Below, piece by piece: positions 24,901-39,095 of a DNA stretch of 55,294 bases. The stretch's first letter is position 1. Each line of letters begins with the position of its first letter. Source of the stretch: Fonticula alba ATCC 38817 (taxonomy: Eukaryota; Protista; Nucleariida). The DNA is taken from NCBI GenBank assembly GCA_000388065.2, contig KB932203.1; one strand, 5' to 3'. The translations under genes were made by a program, and so were the position numbers. The notes below the pieces were generated by a model that saw only the letters and a program-made list of their open reading frames with translations, made no database searches and was not told the DNA's origin.

Positions 24901-27653
24901 TCCGAGGAAGGGCAGGGCAAATTTGACCGGTCAGTGGCCGAGACTCAAAGGCCCGGAGAGAACACATGTACCCCCCCCCCCCCCCCCCCCCCCCCCGCGA
25001 ACCCCCCACCCCCCCCCACCCCCCCCCCCCCCCCAGAAGAACGAACTCCTCGCACCTCGAGAACTGGGCGGCGCCCGTGGGGCATCGGCACCCGCCGGTC
25101 CGGGGGAGTTCGAGCACCGGGGGGCTGCGTCGCCTGGCCCGGCCCCGGCTGCCCGGGCGACCCCGGCCCCGGGCTGCGTCAGTCCGGCCATGTCGAACAG
25201 GCGTCGAACGCCCGCCGGCTCCGGCGGATACCGCATACTGAGGATGGCGCTCAGCTTGTCGTTGGCCAGTTCCGGCCAACGGAACCCCTGGGCCAGGGAC
25301 CTGGTCACCGACGAAACAACAGCTATCCACGCGGCCGATGGCGGGTCAGTGGCATCAGGACACATGGCAGGGACGAAGGGACAATGCCCGATGTTTGACG
25401 CACCAGTCGTCGAGGAGGTGATCACATTCAGCAAGTGGGGCCCGGTCTCGGCCAAGACCAACTGCAGGCCCAGCTGGCCGAGCCCCTGCCAGAGACGCTC
25501 CCAGGTGAGTGCGTGGCTGAGGGCCCGCGTTCGCTGAACGCCCGGCAGGGTTGCTCGTTGGTTTTGGTTGAGCTCCGGCAAGTCCGATGGGTGACCAAAC
25601 TCCAGCGGGGTCACTGACGGGACGTGGGGGAGGGGGGAAGAGGTGCGAAGGTGGGCATGACAGGGAGGGGATCGCGCATGTGCGTGCGTGTGTGCACAAT
25701 TATGTTGGGGGAGGTGAGTGAATAGGCGCGTCCACAGGTGTGCGCGTATGCCGTGGCCGGAGAGGGAAATCAATGACGAAGGACCCCAGGCGCGTAGATG
25801 TGGCGTGTGCGTGCGCGCGTGCGTGCGTGCGTGCGTGCGTGCGTGTGTAGAGAGAGCGGAAGAGTACGTACCGAGACTCAAGTCACATGCGTGTAGGCTC
25901 AAGTAGATGAACCCCCGCGCGATGAGCCCATACCAAGACCCAATGACCGCAAGTAGATCGCAGATCTTCTGGCGCGCCCGGTGCCTGGGGTCAGGCGCCT
26001 GGGGGGGAGTGACGCCGGGGGCGAAGGTCCCCGCATCCGCCGCGGCATGGCCCACCGGCCAGACGCCTTCCGGCGGGTTCGGGCCCTCGCCAGGAACGTC
26101 TGGCGCTAGGCCGGCTGCACTCCCGCACAACGGCGACCCCGGCTCCAGGGAGTCACGTAGCAGCAAGAAAAGCGGGTGATTCAGCAGGTCGATGAAGAGC
26201 GAAAGGATGGCTCTGTTTGAGGCGGCGCCGGGGGGGGGGGACAAGAGGGCGGTCAGGACAAGAGAGCTCAGCGGCAGACAAGGAAAGGAGGTCGGGGAGG
26301 GGCGAGGAGAGAGAGAGAGAGAGAGAAAGAGAAAGAGAAACAGACAGACAGACAAATAGACAGACGCACCGGGTGTGTGTTGAAGATCGCCGGACCCAGG
26401 GCAACAGGCGAAAGACAAATGGCAACACCATGGCCAGGCGCAGGCCCGGTCGACGGACCGCTGTAAAGGCGGGCGACATGTCGTCGTGGGGCCCGGCCGG
26501 CTCGGCCGCCGGCGATTGGAAGGCGCCCCCCGGGGGGGCCTCGGGTGCCGGATGCCCGGGCGATCCGGCGGTCAAATCAATGGTCGGGCCATCCGCCGGG
26601 AGGGTGACCCCATGGTGTGAAGGACCAGGAGAGGGGTGGTGGTGGCCGTGCTGACCGTGCTGGCCGTGCTGGCCGTGCTGGCCATGATGACGATACGGAT
26701 GCTGCTGCGACTTCTGCGACTGTTGCGGCTGCTGTGGCAGCGGCTTCTGAAACTGCGGCGGCGGCGGTGGCGGCGGCTGGTATGACGGCTGATGGTGATG
26801 GAGATGGTGATGCTCGGCCGGTGGAAGGACCTGGACCGGGGAAGACTGCGACTCAGCCAAGCCCGAGGGCAGGGGCGATCCGTAGCCCTCGGACCCGGGC
26901 CGACCACCGACCAGCTCGCCCCCCGGCATGGAGCCCCCGGCGCCAGTGGCACCGAGGTTCAGGCGGTCCGGCACTCCATTCCCCGGGGAAAGGCCGTCCC
27001 CGCCGAAGTTGCTCGGTGGCGAGCGCAGATCCGAGGAGATCCCAAAGGACCGGGCTGCCGAGGGAAAACGCTCATCCTCCAAGGGGGTGGCTGGAGTAGC
27101 AGGCGTGGCCGCGGCGGCGGGGGCGGCGGCGGCTGGCGCTGGCGCCGCCGGCGCATCGTCCGATGCCGAGGCACCACCCGTCACGTCGGCGGTCCCGAGA
27201 TCCGGCGACCAAGCCGCCCGCCACCGGGCATACTCCGGGGTGGGGCTCACATCTGAGAAGAGCTCATTCACGGCAAAGCTGTGCGCGAAGGGCAAAATGC
27301 AAATCAGTGGCCAGTACTCGCGATTGGTGGCTCCAGGCAGGGCACGCAGGGAAAGGGGGGCGAAAAGAAAAAAAAAAGCCAAAGCGGCCACAGCCCCGGA
27401 GGTCTCGAGTGGATTGCACGCACGCGAGCTGGTCCACAAGCCAGGTCAGCAGGAAACGCTCATCGATGAGCCCCGGGCTATGGAGCTGCCAGTAAATCAG
27501 CTTGATCAGGTATGTCCAAAAACTGCACTGCGTCTCACAGAGAGGCTACACGTCGGAGGAGGGGAGAGGCGGAACCGATGGCCGGGGAACATGGCAAATA
27601 CAACCCCGAAGCATGAGTGCCAGAGACAGGGTCCAGGGCGCGGAACAGGAAAG

Positions 27654-27687
<34 letters not shown>

Positions 27688-29070
27688 GAAAGAGAAAGAA
27701 AGGGGGAGGGCAATGCGCCCGCAAGGGAGATCAACGGGCCAAGTGCACGTACCGCGGCCTGATCCGAGAAGAGACTGGCCAGGAACATCGATGCATTGGA
27801 CAGTAACGACACGGTCCAGTCAACCGAAAGGGCCACCGCCTGCTGTGAGGCCGACGATGAGTAGGCCAGGACACCGGTTTTGCGTAGCTGGCCGAAGAAT
27901 CGCCGGCTATCCGACTCCACCAGCACCATGGCGTATTGCATCATGCCGAGATGGTGCCGCGAGAGGGTGCCCCCAGGCCCGGCTGCCAGCCAGGGCGTGG
28001 TAGCCATCGCCTGCAGCAGGTGGTCCACCAGTGCCACGGTATGGCCGCGAAGGAGCGGCGGACCGCCACTCGGGGCCGGCTGATCACCGACCGCCACGCG
28101 GCCACTCGACCCGAAGAAGGAGTACAGCTGGATCATGCGCACCAGCCAGTCCGCCCGGGCGAAGGAAATCTGATAGGAAGACAGGAAAAGCAGCAACCGC
28201 CAGACAGTCGACTCGAAGGCCGCCGCCGACAAATGATGAGCCTCCCGAGGCGAGTGGACCACCGTCCGCAGCAGCCGGGCACTGATGAGCCGACCGCCAG
28301 GGCCGATGTCGGCCGGTGGCCGTTCTTCCGATTCCTCCGGCGGCGGCGCCGCTGCCAGCAGACCCCGGAGAATGAGTGCCCGGGAGCTGGCCGCGCCGGC
28401 CGGCAGCCCGGGAGCCGGCGCCGCGCGCCGGTCCGCCGGCACCAGCGACGGACAACAAAATACCGACGCCAGCGTCGACAGCGGGACATAGCTGGCCAGA
28501 AAGAGCGACAGCCAGCGCATCTCATCCACCGGGGCCGAGGCCCATGGCAGTGGCAGATGGCAGCGCATGGCGGCCACCTGTTCGGCCGAGGGCAATGGCA
28601 GACGCCGGTCCGTGTGTTGCGCCTGGCGCCATGCCCGAGGGGATACCAACAGCGGCGAAGGCTGGATGAATGGCACACCGGGGCCATCTAACTCGGCCCG
28701 AGGGGTGTCCTCGGAAAAGGGGACGACAAAGGAGGAGGAGGAGGAGGAGGAGGAGGAGGAGGAGCAAGAACAGCCCCCCACAGGAGGGGGACAGTCACAG
28801 GGCCCGGAGGAAGACTGGCAGCCGCCGGGGCCGCCCGGTTCCCGGCGAGCCGCGCAGCACGAGCACAGGCCTACGGAGGGGGCGGTGCTTGCATCGGACC
28901 CATGGCGCAGGCGTTTCGTCGGAGCCGACACCATTGGCGATGCATGGCCGGATCCTGAGGTCCGTTTGCGCGAACGTAGCTCCGGCGACGCGGAGGCATC
29001 TGCTCCTGTGAAAATGGCACCCGGCGTGGCACCAGTCATGTCAATAATGACCGGGAGTGCCTGCTGCTGC

Positions 29071-29108
<38 letters not shown>

Positions 29109-29141
29109 TTGCTGGTGGTGGTGGTAGTGGTTGTGATAGTA

Positions 29142-29177
<36 letters not shown>

Positions 29178-31911
29178 GCCGGAGGGGGGGACCGAGCTGC
29201 CGAGATCCACCGACGTCCCGAGGAAGGATATTCCCTCGGGCGAGGGAGTTAGCAGGACATCCCCCATACTATGGGAGTCCTGCAGTGGTGGCAGTGACCG
29301 AGCGAAAAATTCATCCGCCGGCAGAGGCGGAAAGAAGGATGAGCGCAGGGAGACCACCATCATCTCCTACGCGAGGGGGGATGAATAAAAATGTATGTAT
29401 GTGCGCGTGCGTATGTGTGTGGAAGTGTAAGTGCATGTGCGCGGCAGGGGGCACAGGGTGAGGCAGAAGGGGACGTGGGGCAACAGATGGGCCGGAGAGA
29501 AGAGAGGAGATGGGAAAGTGCCAACCCATGGATGCGCAGAGAAGGGCGCCAGGGCCGACGCCGGCAACGGACCTGATCTCGAGTGGCGTTGATCGCGCGT
29601 GCAAGGATATTCATGTTGTTGACCAGCGTGCCGGCTGGGTCATTGCAAAAAAGCGTGTCCATCTTGACCACGAGGGAGCCATTTTCCTGTGCCAGGGAGG
29701 GCAGGAAAAGAAGGGCAGGAGCAGAGGGAAAGGCGGGAAGGCGGGAAGACGTGGGGAGATGCAGGGAGACGCAAGGGAAGCCAATCGCGTGCATACGTCA
29801 GAACCCGGGCCCAAGCAACATCAACAACCCCATCGGATGAGGCAACACATCCACAGGTGTGAACACGAGGCACGCACATCATTTACTGGCGAGGTGAACA
29901 GGTACCCGGAGGAGATGGCCTGATTGGAGAGGATGTCCTCCGGCTGGCAGGCCAATTGCGGATCGAAGCCCATATACCCAAAGGGCACGTCCGACAGGTT
30001 GAATGACCCATCAGTGGCCGACTGCGACCGGTCGCCGGGCCCGGTAGATCCGCCCAAAGCCGGCAAGTAGGACAGGGCAATGGCCCCGCGTCGAGAGGGA
30101 GTAAAGAGCCGATGATTCCGGGGGACCGGCAAGGAGAAGGGCCGAAGGCGGAACTGCAACGCAAGCCAGGAGGAACTGTCCTCGGGCTGCGACACGCCGA
30201 ACCACACCAGCGACAAGCATCTGGAGTCCTGCCGATCCAAGGCGTCCCACACGTCGCTCAGGTTCAGCCGTGGCATCATCGACCCGAGTGATACCCAAAA
30301 CTGGATTCGCAGCCAGAACGGAGGTGAGGGAACAGAAGGGTGCGGATATGAGGGGGATGTGTGCACGCGCATGTGTGTTTGTGTGTGCGGGGGGGGGGGG
30401 GCAGCTGTGTGCTGTGCGTGCGTGCGTGCGTGCGCGCGCGCATGCGTGTATACACCCACACGGGGGCTCAAGAGAGAGAGAGAGAGGGAGAGGGAGAGAG
30501 ACAAGGAGAAGGAAAATGCCCACGGGAGAGAGGCACAGGGCAAGGCAACATACCGATAGGCGGCCGGTGTCAGCAGGCCCGGACTCCATCGGCCCGGGCA
30601 CCGGAACCATCAGCAGCTGACGCTGCCCCTGGCTGGTGAGGTGGACGACCCCGCGAGGCAGGGATTGTAGAGTGGACACAAGCGCCGCCCGGGGCCGGTC
30701 CTCAGCGACCGGACCCGCTGGGACATTCGGCGGCAGGTGCTTGACACGAGCGAGTGTCCTGTCTGTTGACCGGGGGGCCTCGGCCGAGTCGCTGGCCGAG
30801 GGCTTCGCCATGGCCGCCACCGCCACCATGGTAGCCGGTGGCAAAGGGGACGATGCAGAAGACCCGGCAGTGGTGGTGGCGGTGGCCGACCCGATGGCAG
30901 TGCCCATCGTGGGGGATGGAGTGGGGGGAACCAGCACGCCGGCGGTGCTGGCGATCGGGGCGAGCCCGCCGACTGGCGTCACGGAGATTGTGGGTATCAG
31001 ATCGCATGGCGGGGACTGAGCACGACCCGATGCAACTCGTGAAGATGCCTCCGGGGATGCCATTCCAGGGGTGGACTCGGGCATGACACCGACGAGGCCC
31101 GGTGGCCCTGGGTCGACCGGCTTGACGGCTGGGGCCCCGCCTCCGGTGCTGTTGGCTGCCCGGTGGGTTTGGAGGACACGCTCACGAGAGGTGAGGCTAT
31201 GTCGGCCAGCTTGTGGTGCGCGCGGAGTCAGGGCTGGCCGGCTTGACGACGCGAAGGTATGCACACTCGGGGCATAAACACTGCATAAGGACCGGGAGGG
31301 ATGTACGGCAGGGAGGAAGCACGTCAGCCATCCAGACACAGAGGGGCAGACAGTGGGGAGGAGGGAGGGGGCAGAGGACTAAAAGGGAGGGAGAGAGGGG
31401 AGAACAAAGAAGTGGAGCATAACCATGGCTCGGTCACGACAGCCAGCCTGGGAGAGGGAGGGGGGGAGGGGCGAGCGCACGGGCCAAAGACCCCAATCGG
31501 GGGATTGTGCTCCAACACCGGGGGGAAGGCGTACTCTGCCCCGGGGAGTCGGGCCGAGTAACTGGGGCCCGGGGCTGGGGCATATGCCGCACTGATTGCC
31601 GGGCCGCCGGGCATCGTCAAGTAGCCGGGATAGTGCGACGCTTGATACGACTGCTGGGGATGGGGGTCTGGCCGGGAGGATGGCGGCGCACCGGACGACG
31701 ACCGGTTTGCACTTGACCCGGACCAATCCCCCGGCGGTAGATGGTAGCCAGCCGTGGGGAAGGGCTCGCCGGCGACATTCTGCGGAAAGGGGTGCTCCGG
31801 CGCATGGGGCCCGGAGCCGGTGCTTCCATTCGCCGCCGGGGGTCCACCTCCGCCGGGTGCCCCGGAGGATGTTGAAGAGAGAGTCGAGGAGGAGGGATGC
31901 ATGGAGGACAT
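16070..31911 (-). CDS. MED12: Mediator kinase-module subunit MED12 (Srb8), about 19 exons, roughly 4,000 aa
   Basis: MED12-like blocks occur in the right order: YMGFDPQLACQPEDILSNQAISSGY..VNDENGS (cf. human [30 protein letters not shown]); WLSLFLASYVPLSTLA; LSSYQISFARADWLVRM (cf. LAKYTVPVMRAAWLIKM); WTYLIKL..GLIDERFLLTWL (cf. WDYTEKL..GMLDRHEFLTWV); LPFVFRLLPWVRRSSTHTR; GIFSWRSFMRSLISGG; FSPWWSL; FSLEYFGA. The tail is Q/H-rich and stops at 16072-16070. Most introns were checked for phase continuity, but a few internal boundaries (22.9-25.9 kb) are approximate. Confidence 0.8.
16827..17260. repeat. Duplicated ~195-bp segment on both sides of an N gap (unmerged contig overlap)
   Basis: 16827-17022 matches 17065-17260 with one visible mismatch (G16943 vs A17181, synonymous Ile codon on the minus strand). 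The gap is at 17024-17056. Confidence 0.9.
29060..29176 (-). repeat. CAG/CAA poly-Gln tracts in MED12
   Basis: Two interrupted (CAG/CAA)n tracts, separated by YYHNHYHHH, lie in frame in MED12 exon 5. Confidence 0.9.
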
Positions 31912-32636
31912 GCTGCTATCAAAGAGCCGAGCGCGAGGGGCCAGCCGCAGCGCTCTGTCCGTCCGGCCAGGGGGCCTCTCTCTCAGGGGTGTCTTGCACT
32001 GCGCGTGCGGCCGAGCCCGACAAGAGGATAAAAGGGTTAGCTGACTGTCGTGCGTGAAGAGGCGGCAGGCGGGAGACCCGGGGAGAGGCGAGAAAAGGAC
32101 AAGGGGAAGAAGGAGGGGAGGCGGAGATGCGAGAGGGGGGGGGGGGGCGGACACAGGAGGGTGCAAGGGGGACTGAGAGAAGGGGGGGTCGGTGAGAAGG
32201 AGAAGAGGAGAGTATTGTCACGAGCCGCCACGGCGGCCGCCCATGCTGGCCAGGCCCACTTGGGCCGAGCGACCGTTCCTCCCCCGCCTCTCCTCCCTCC
32301 CGCCGGAGGCTGAGGGAATTTTCAGGAGGTCCGAGACAAGCAGGCTCGATCTCGGGAGGCGAGGGAAATGGGGGGGGCGGGCCACACGCGCCTTCGGCCG
32401 AACCAACGGAGGCCGGTTCCCCGCGGACCGGGGAGAAATGCCGGCCCCGTGCCGGCAGATTTCGGCCCTGCCTGGGCGGGGCGGCCGCGGGGGGNNNNNN
32501 NNNNNNNNNCCCTCCCCCCAGAGGAAAACACACCCAGACACACCCGGAGGCCGACCCCCTTTCGGCCCCCTGCCCCCCCAGCCGCCGGCGCCTCCGCGCG
32601 GGTACGTGCGCGCGCGCGCTTGCCAGAGCTCACGCA

Positions 32637-32638
<2 letters not shown>

Positions 32639-32685
<47 letters not shown>
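32639..32685. repeat. (CA)n microsatellite between the MED12 start and the Exo84 stop
   Basis: Read directly from the sequence. Confidence 0.95.
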
Positions 32686-32687
<2 letters not shown>

Positions 32688-33129
32688 CCGCTGCTAGCGG
32701 AGACCGCTAGCCCGGCCGGGGCTTGGGCACAGGGACCCCTGCGGCCTGAGAAAAGCCCGCCACACACCACGCCCAGGGGCGTGTGGGGGCGCCGGGACGC
32801 GCATACGTTGGCATACTATCCGATGGCACTCGAGTTCGGGGAATTTCTCGCAATGACGACCCGCGAAATGATCGAGCGTTGGGATGCATGGGGTTCGGTG
32901 TGTACGCAGGTGGGGGCGGGCGGAGGCGGCCACGGCGCCGCAGCTCCTGGCCTCGAAACTCCTCCCCCTGGCAACAAGGCAGGGCGCATGTGTGCCTAGA
33001 GCATAAACCAACCCACTCATGGGAAACCTTCGGGGGATGTATATTTGCCCTTGCATCTACTTGAATTCCCCCCTCCCCCGGCCCTGTGGGAAGGGGCGGG
33101 ACGCAGTGTGGGGGGGGGGGGGGGGCGTG

Positions 33130-33318
33130 TTACTTGCCAGCCATGTAGGATGGATGCACGGCAGAGGGAGGAATAATGGCCAGCTCGTCGAGCGAGGCGG
33201 CCGCCTTCCGGACGAACCACCGGTCGCTCTGGATCTGTGCGATGCGTCCGTTGGAGGGGCGGGAGGGGAAGAAACGGATATGTGAGTAGGAGTAGGGGGC
33301 GTGACAAGTATGCACACA

Positions 33319-33359
<41 letters not shown>

Positions 33360-36300
33360 GAAGGGAGGGAGCAAAGGGCAAATAACAGCCAGTGACCAAG
33401 CGGCCCGGCAGAACTGATTGACAGCGGGAACGCGTGTATCCACATACCTTGTGGTGGTCATTGGACCGGAGAATGCTGATGCGCGCGGCCTCGATGCGCG
33501 CGACAAGCTTGCTATGCGCCAGGTACTCCTCACCAAAGTGGCGTCGGAAGGCCTCCTCGAGAACCAAGAGATCCAAGTTCAGGCAATGCACGCCAACGTT
33601 GGTCAGCAGGGGCACATTTGGCGTGCCTGGAGCCGCGAAGGGGAACAGCACACGGGGGAGAAGGGGGGCAGAGAGGTCAGCAAAAAAAAAAAAAGGAAGG
33701 CAGGCAATTCCAGCCTGAAAGGATGTCTGCATGACGGTGATAGGGCGCCATTGGTGGCCACCTCTTTGGCGCACCGATGGACACCAGGCTGGTGATCTGA
33801 GTGGCGACCACTTCGGCCACTGAGCGCCGAAGTGCCAGTGGGAACTGCTCCTGCGTGCTGAAGAACGACTGAAGCAGCTTTGGGCACAAACAAGCCATGG
33901 TCAGCAGGGACAGTCAAAAGGACAGCAACATGGCGGGCCCTGTGGCGGGCTACATTCACGCACTGACTGCATGCCGGGAGAGGGCAGTTCCACGCTCTCG
34001 GCGTCGGGGAATTCCTCAAGCGATGCATATGGCAACCCCCGGGGGTATGCCCAGGCCCGCTCCACCAGGTACACCCCGAGAGGCATGACCCGGTTGGAGG
34101 TGGCCGACGAGGAGGAGGTGACATTATTGAGTGCCAGGGAGGCAGACTTGTTGATGATGTCTGGAAGGGGCAGGGCGGTCAGGCAACAGGGGGAAGAGGG
34201 GGAGCGAGGGCAGCGCCTTGCTCACCCGGAGGCCAACGGCGGAAGACAATCATGGCCACGTTTGTCACAAACAAAGGACCGGGCCGGAGGGGGCAAATAA
34301 CCGGGCGTACCATTGACATGCCGCTTGGCCTGGATGACGGCCGGTGGGGGGCCCTGACTGGAGGGCAGCCCGGCGAAGTCCTGCGACAGCCGATCCAGCA
34401 ACGGGCCTTGGATCAGCACCAGGTCCGACAGGAGGGTCACCACCGAGGGCGGAAGCTCGAAGTGTGCGGCGGCCGGCTTGAGCGCCGAACTGCCGCCGGT
34501 CAAGAACCGCTCGATCAAAGTGCGCAAGTGGTTGGCATACACCAGACACAAGTCCAGGAGTGATTGCAGGGCCGAGTCGGCCACCTGTTGGTGTTGTCAT
34601 TGGGCCGGGGTTTGTGCGGGCACAAGGCAAGGCAGCGATTGGGGAGACGGGTCAGTCGGAGGCCCGGCATATGGCGCCGCATGAGGAGATGACATGCAGA
34701 GGCGGAAATGCAGCCGAGCATGCCCAGAAGAAGGGAATGCGGGGTACAGCGACGAGCGGAGGGGGAGAGGAAAGGGGAGAGAGAGAGAGAGAGAGAAACA
34801 CCGAGGTAGAGAGACCCAGCCAGGAAGCAACGCACATCATTCAGGTCAAGCTGACGGAGGTCTCGCAGGAGGATCTCCAGCCGCGAGCAGAGGACACCCA
34901 GGCCAAGGGAACACACCTTCGGCAGGTCATCCCCGGAGCCGGGCGGGCCGATGCAAAAGTGCCCGATTGACTCGAGGGTGACGCCGAACTTGACAGCAAT
35001 CGCCGGCAGGGACGTCGCCAGGGTGTCGGCCCCAGGGCCAGTGGCCGTACTGGCTCCGGTGTGGATTTGCAGGGCGCCGCCAGGCCGGCGATCGGCCCCG
35101 GACCCCGGGGCGGTGGACACACGTCCGGACCCGGGCCCCGACGGCGCGAGCTCCAGCGACAGCATCGGCAGGGGCTCCACGGCGGACAGCGCCGCGCGCA
35201 GGTGCGACACCGAGCGCGACACATACCGGTCATAGGCCGACGCCAGGCCGGACCGCACCAGTGGCGACGTACGCACCAACGAGGCGAACACCAGCCCGAG
35301 ACGCACCTCGGTGAAGGTGTCCCCCCCGGGTCCGGAGGCCGGCGCGGTGGGGCCCGTGCCCGCTTGCGCCCCTGGGCCCCCGGACGACGCGAAGGCCGCA
35401 TCCGCCGCGTCGCTGCGCGTCGCCCCGGCCGCCTGCTGCAAATCCGTGCGGATGTAAAAGCGCAACTCCTCCAGCGCCTGCAGGCGTGAGGTGGAAATGC
35501 GAATGCACTCGGCCACCGTGCGAATGGCCTCCCGCTCGGAGAAGAGCACCGGCCCGGCTCCCGGGCCGCCGGTTGTCGAAGTGGAGGACCCGGTGCGCGC
35601 CAGGTCGAAGCTGGTCACCGAGCTGTCCGGCGAAAGATCCCCCAGTCCCGGGGATGGCGGCTCATCCAGGAGCGAGCGCCCCCGTGCGGCCGGGCTGTCG
35701 TCCGAGATGCTGATCGCCGCCCGGAAGACATACCGCACGAACAGCACAATATAGGAGTCCAGCATTTGCAAGACCCAGCGAAGGAGACCTAAGGACAAGT
35801 GGCGAGAGGTGTCAGTGCCAGAACCGGGAAGAGACGCGAACAGAGCCGGCATGGCAATCCGGTGGTCCGTGAGGCAGACGAGGAAGCGCGGCTCACGCAC
35901 CAGCCGACTGCGAGGAATCGATCAGACCGGCGGCCGCACGCTGGGCCTGAGGCCCCAACAGCAGGTGCGTCGACGCAGATCCCAGCAGAGCCATCGGGGA
36001 GAAGCGCCCCGGTGGGGCGGCTTTGTCGCCGGCTGCCGCGCGCGGTGACGCCCCAGACCCCCGGCCAGGCGAGGAGAGCCCGCCCACGGCGGGGGAGGCG
36101 CTCGCGGGGCCGGCCACACGCACGGTGGCCCCGGCGGCCGGCGCCGACCGTAGCACTCGGTCCAGCGACACCGGTGGCACGAAGAGCTCAATGAACTGCT
36201 GTACCACGATGGATACTCCGGAGACGAAGATGGTCACCAGGTTGTCCACATAGTCGGTAACATGGCGCTCAAAAACAACCGATCTGGGGCGCACAGAGTC

Positions 36301-37319
36301 AGTGATGCTGCCACTGGCGGGCATGGAGAAGTCAGAGGAGGAGGAGGACAAGCCAACGTACGCCATCTTCTTGTCCAGGACTGATCCGTGTCGTGAGAGG
36401 AAGCGCTCCAGCGCCTGATTCAGGCGGAGACACAGGTCAGCACTCGCGAGAGAGAGAGAGAGAGAGAGGTAGGGAGGGGAGACGCCGGGAGGCAAAAAAA
36501 AAGCACAGGTAAACACCGTACCATATCACTCCGGCCGAGCAGCCGCAAGAGGGCAATGTGGCGGTGGAGCTGCGTTCGAGAAAGATGCGGCCGGTCGATT
36601 GAGTCTGCCAGCGCCAAAACCAGGCGCTCGGAGTAAGACGACAGCGTTGCCAGCAGGCATTTGATGGAGCTCGCTGGCAGGGTCACCCGCTTGGCTATCC
36701 GGGGCTGCGAGCCGTCCAACTCGATGATCATCTGTCGAGCTGCGGGGGCGCATGGGGGGCATTTGTCAGGGAGATTGGGGCAGGGAGATCTCATGAAAGG
36801 AAGGCCGAAAGAGCAGGTCAAGAGGGGGGGGTGGGGGGGAGAGAGAGACAAAGAGAGGAGGAGGCAGACGCATATGGACGGAAAGGCGGGACGCCGTGAC
36901 GCGCACCATTGAGCAGATGGCTGTATGCCTCGACGAAGTCCCGATGGGCAATCGCCACAGCCATGTCGTCCAAGCGGTTTTGCACATCTTGCGTGGCCTG
37001 CTCCATGGGATGGTGGATGCTGGACGTGCTCCCGGCCGGAAGCGCGGCACCGGCCAGCGTCTTTGGGGTCCGCTTGCGCTCCATCATCGCCTGGAAGGAA
37101 CCAACCACATTCGGCAATCGAGGAAGGCCGGTGCGCGGGTCTTCGGCCAGGATGGCCACCGTCCCGCGACCGGTCTTGGACCCGGAGGCCCCGGCACTCC
37201 CGCCACCGGCCGGGCCCGGGCCCGTAGCCCCAACCGGGGAGCTGGTCCCCGGCAGCGGTACCGCGTCCAATGTGGCCGACCGTGCACGGCCACCCGGGGC
37301 CGCGTCCTCGGGCCCGGTA

Positions 37320-37352
<33 letters not shown>

Positions 37353-39055
37353 TTGCCAGCCGACGAGCGCGACAGGGGGTTCTGCCGGAAGCCAAGCTTG
37401 GCCAGCGGATTGGACCCGGACCCGGTGACCGACGAAGCCCGCGGCTTGGTGTCGGCCTCGGCCTCCGGTGTGCCATCGGTGTTGGACACGGTGGCCATGT
37501 AGGAGATGACATCGAAGGTGGGGGCCGCCCGGCCGGCCGGGTCGCCCGGCGTCGCCGAGCCCGACCCCGGCTTTGGAGTGCCTCGGCTGGCGGTCTGCGG
37601 CGTGGTGACCGATCCCGGAGCACTGGTACTGGCCCCGGCGGGCGTCTCCGGCGGCGTGGGCCCCACCGAGGCTGTCAGCCCTGGCGAGCTGAGACTCGAC
37701 GAGGAGATGGCTGTCAGCGTATTTGTCGACACCTGCCGAGCAAGGCGCTGCTGCTGCTGTGTCGACTGGGGCTGCTGGCTGGTGCCGCTCGACGAAGAGG
37801 GCTCCTGCGGGGTAAGCCCCTTGCCCGGGCGCTGGGCACTAGCCAGGGCACTGTCCACAATGGACTTGATCTCCAGCATCAGGGCCCGGGTGGTGAACTG
37901 CAAGTAAAACTTGGCCGAGTCGGCGAAGATGCTGAACATCGACTGGCCACCTACATGCAGTGAAGTGGAAGAAGGGAGGGGCCTGGTCAGTTCGGAGCAG
38001 AGCATGGGCGGGCGGGCGTGTGCAGGCAGCACCAAGTGCTATATGGCAAGGAGCTAGGGACAGAAAGATGGAGGGGGGGGGGGGGGGACAAAGAAAGACC
38101 GACACACCATCGGGATTGTGGACATTGGCCGTGGCCACAGCCGACAAGGGAGCCGAGAAGACCGCCACAAAGGGAGGCCGCGGGGAGAAGGAGGCCGCCG
38201 CTTGCTCCAGCCCGGAGCGCCCGCTCGACAGCGAGTCCACTTGACTTGCCAGGGCCAAGTACCAGCGCCGCGGGTCGGCCACCAGGCCACCAGGCACAAC
38301 ACCAATGCAACCAGGGGCTCCGCACGGCCCGGCCCCGGCGACCATGGCCCCACTCCCATCGGTGGTGGTGCCGGCGCCGGTGCCGGTGCCGGCAATGGCG
38401 CCAGAGGTCATGGTAGACGCCGGCGACAGACTCAGGGCCGCCGACTGCCGGCTCAGCAGTGGCGAGGGCTGGCTCGGGGCGGGGATCCCCCCGAGCGGGG
38501 GGGAGGACTCGCCCGAGCCCGGACGACCGCCAGGCAGGGGACCCTTGTCCCCGGGCTTGGCCCGGCCCTGGGATTGCGCCGCACAGGAGGCACACTGCTG
38601 CACCCCGGAGGAAAAGCGCATCGCCTCGGACATGGCATCAGCCCCGCCACCGCCGACCGCCCCGACCGCCGCGGCCATCGTCGAGTAGCCGCCCGTCACG
38701 CCGCTCATGATGGACGTGGTCACGGTTTCCAGGACCGTCGACCCGAAGGCCAGCGGATTGATCAGAGACCCGCTGCTGAAATGCCCGCTGGTGCCCTGGG
38801 AGTAGGACTGCAGCCCGGGCCCATGCCCGGGGCCAGACCCGGACAGGGGGGATGGACCGTGCCCGGAGCCGGCCGTCCCGGATGGGCCTCCCCGACGTAG
38901 GCCGGCCCCGCCAACCGGACTGTTGGACCGCCGGTGGCCGCTGCCAGGGGGGCCGCCACCACCGTAGTGAGTGCCGCCGGAGGTGGCGGCGGTGGCGGCG
39001 GCAGCGGTCGAGGCGCCGGCGGCCGAGTGCATGCCCCCGCCACTGCCGTTGCTGC

Positions 39056-39095
<40 letters not shown>

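Noticed and set aside
29222-29231. ATATCCTTCC on the minus strand, a U12-donor-like motif
   Set aside because: It is in frame as GISF in a continuous 1.5-kb exon, and I saw no matching branch site or AC acceptor.
29601-29610. ATATCCTTGC on the minus strand in MED12, identical to the PIGB U12 donor
   Set aside because: It lies inside a 114-nt exon bounded by good in-phase GT-AG sites and encodes NILA, in a segment that aligns with the MED12 N-terminal region. No U12 intron is needed here.
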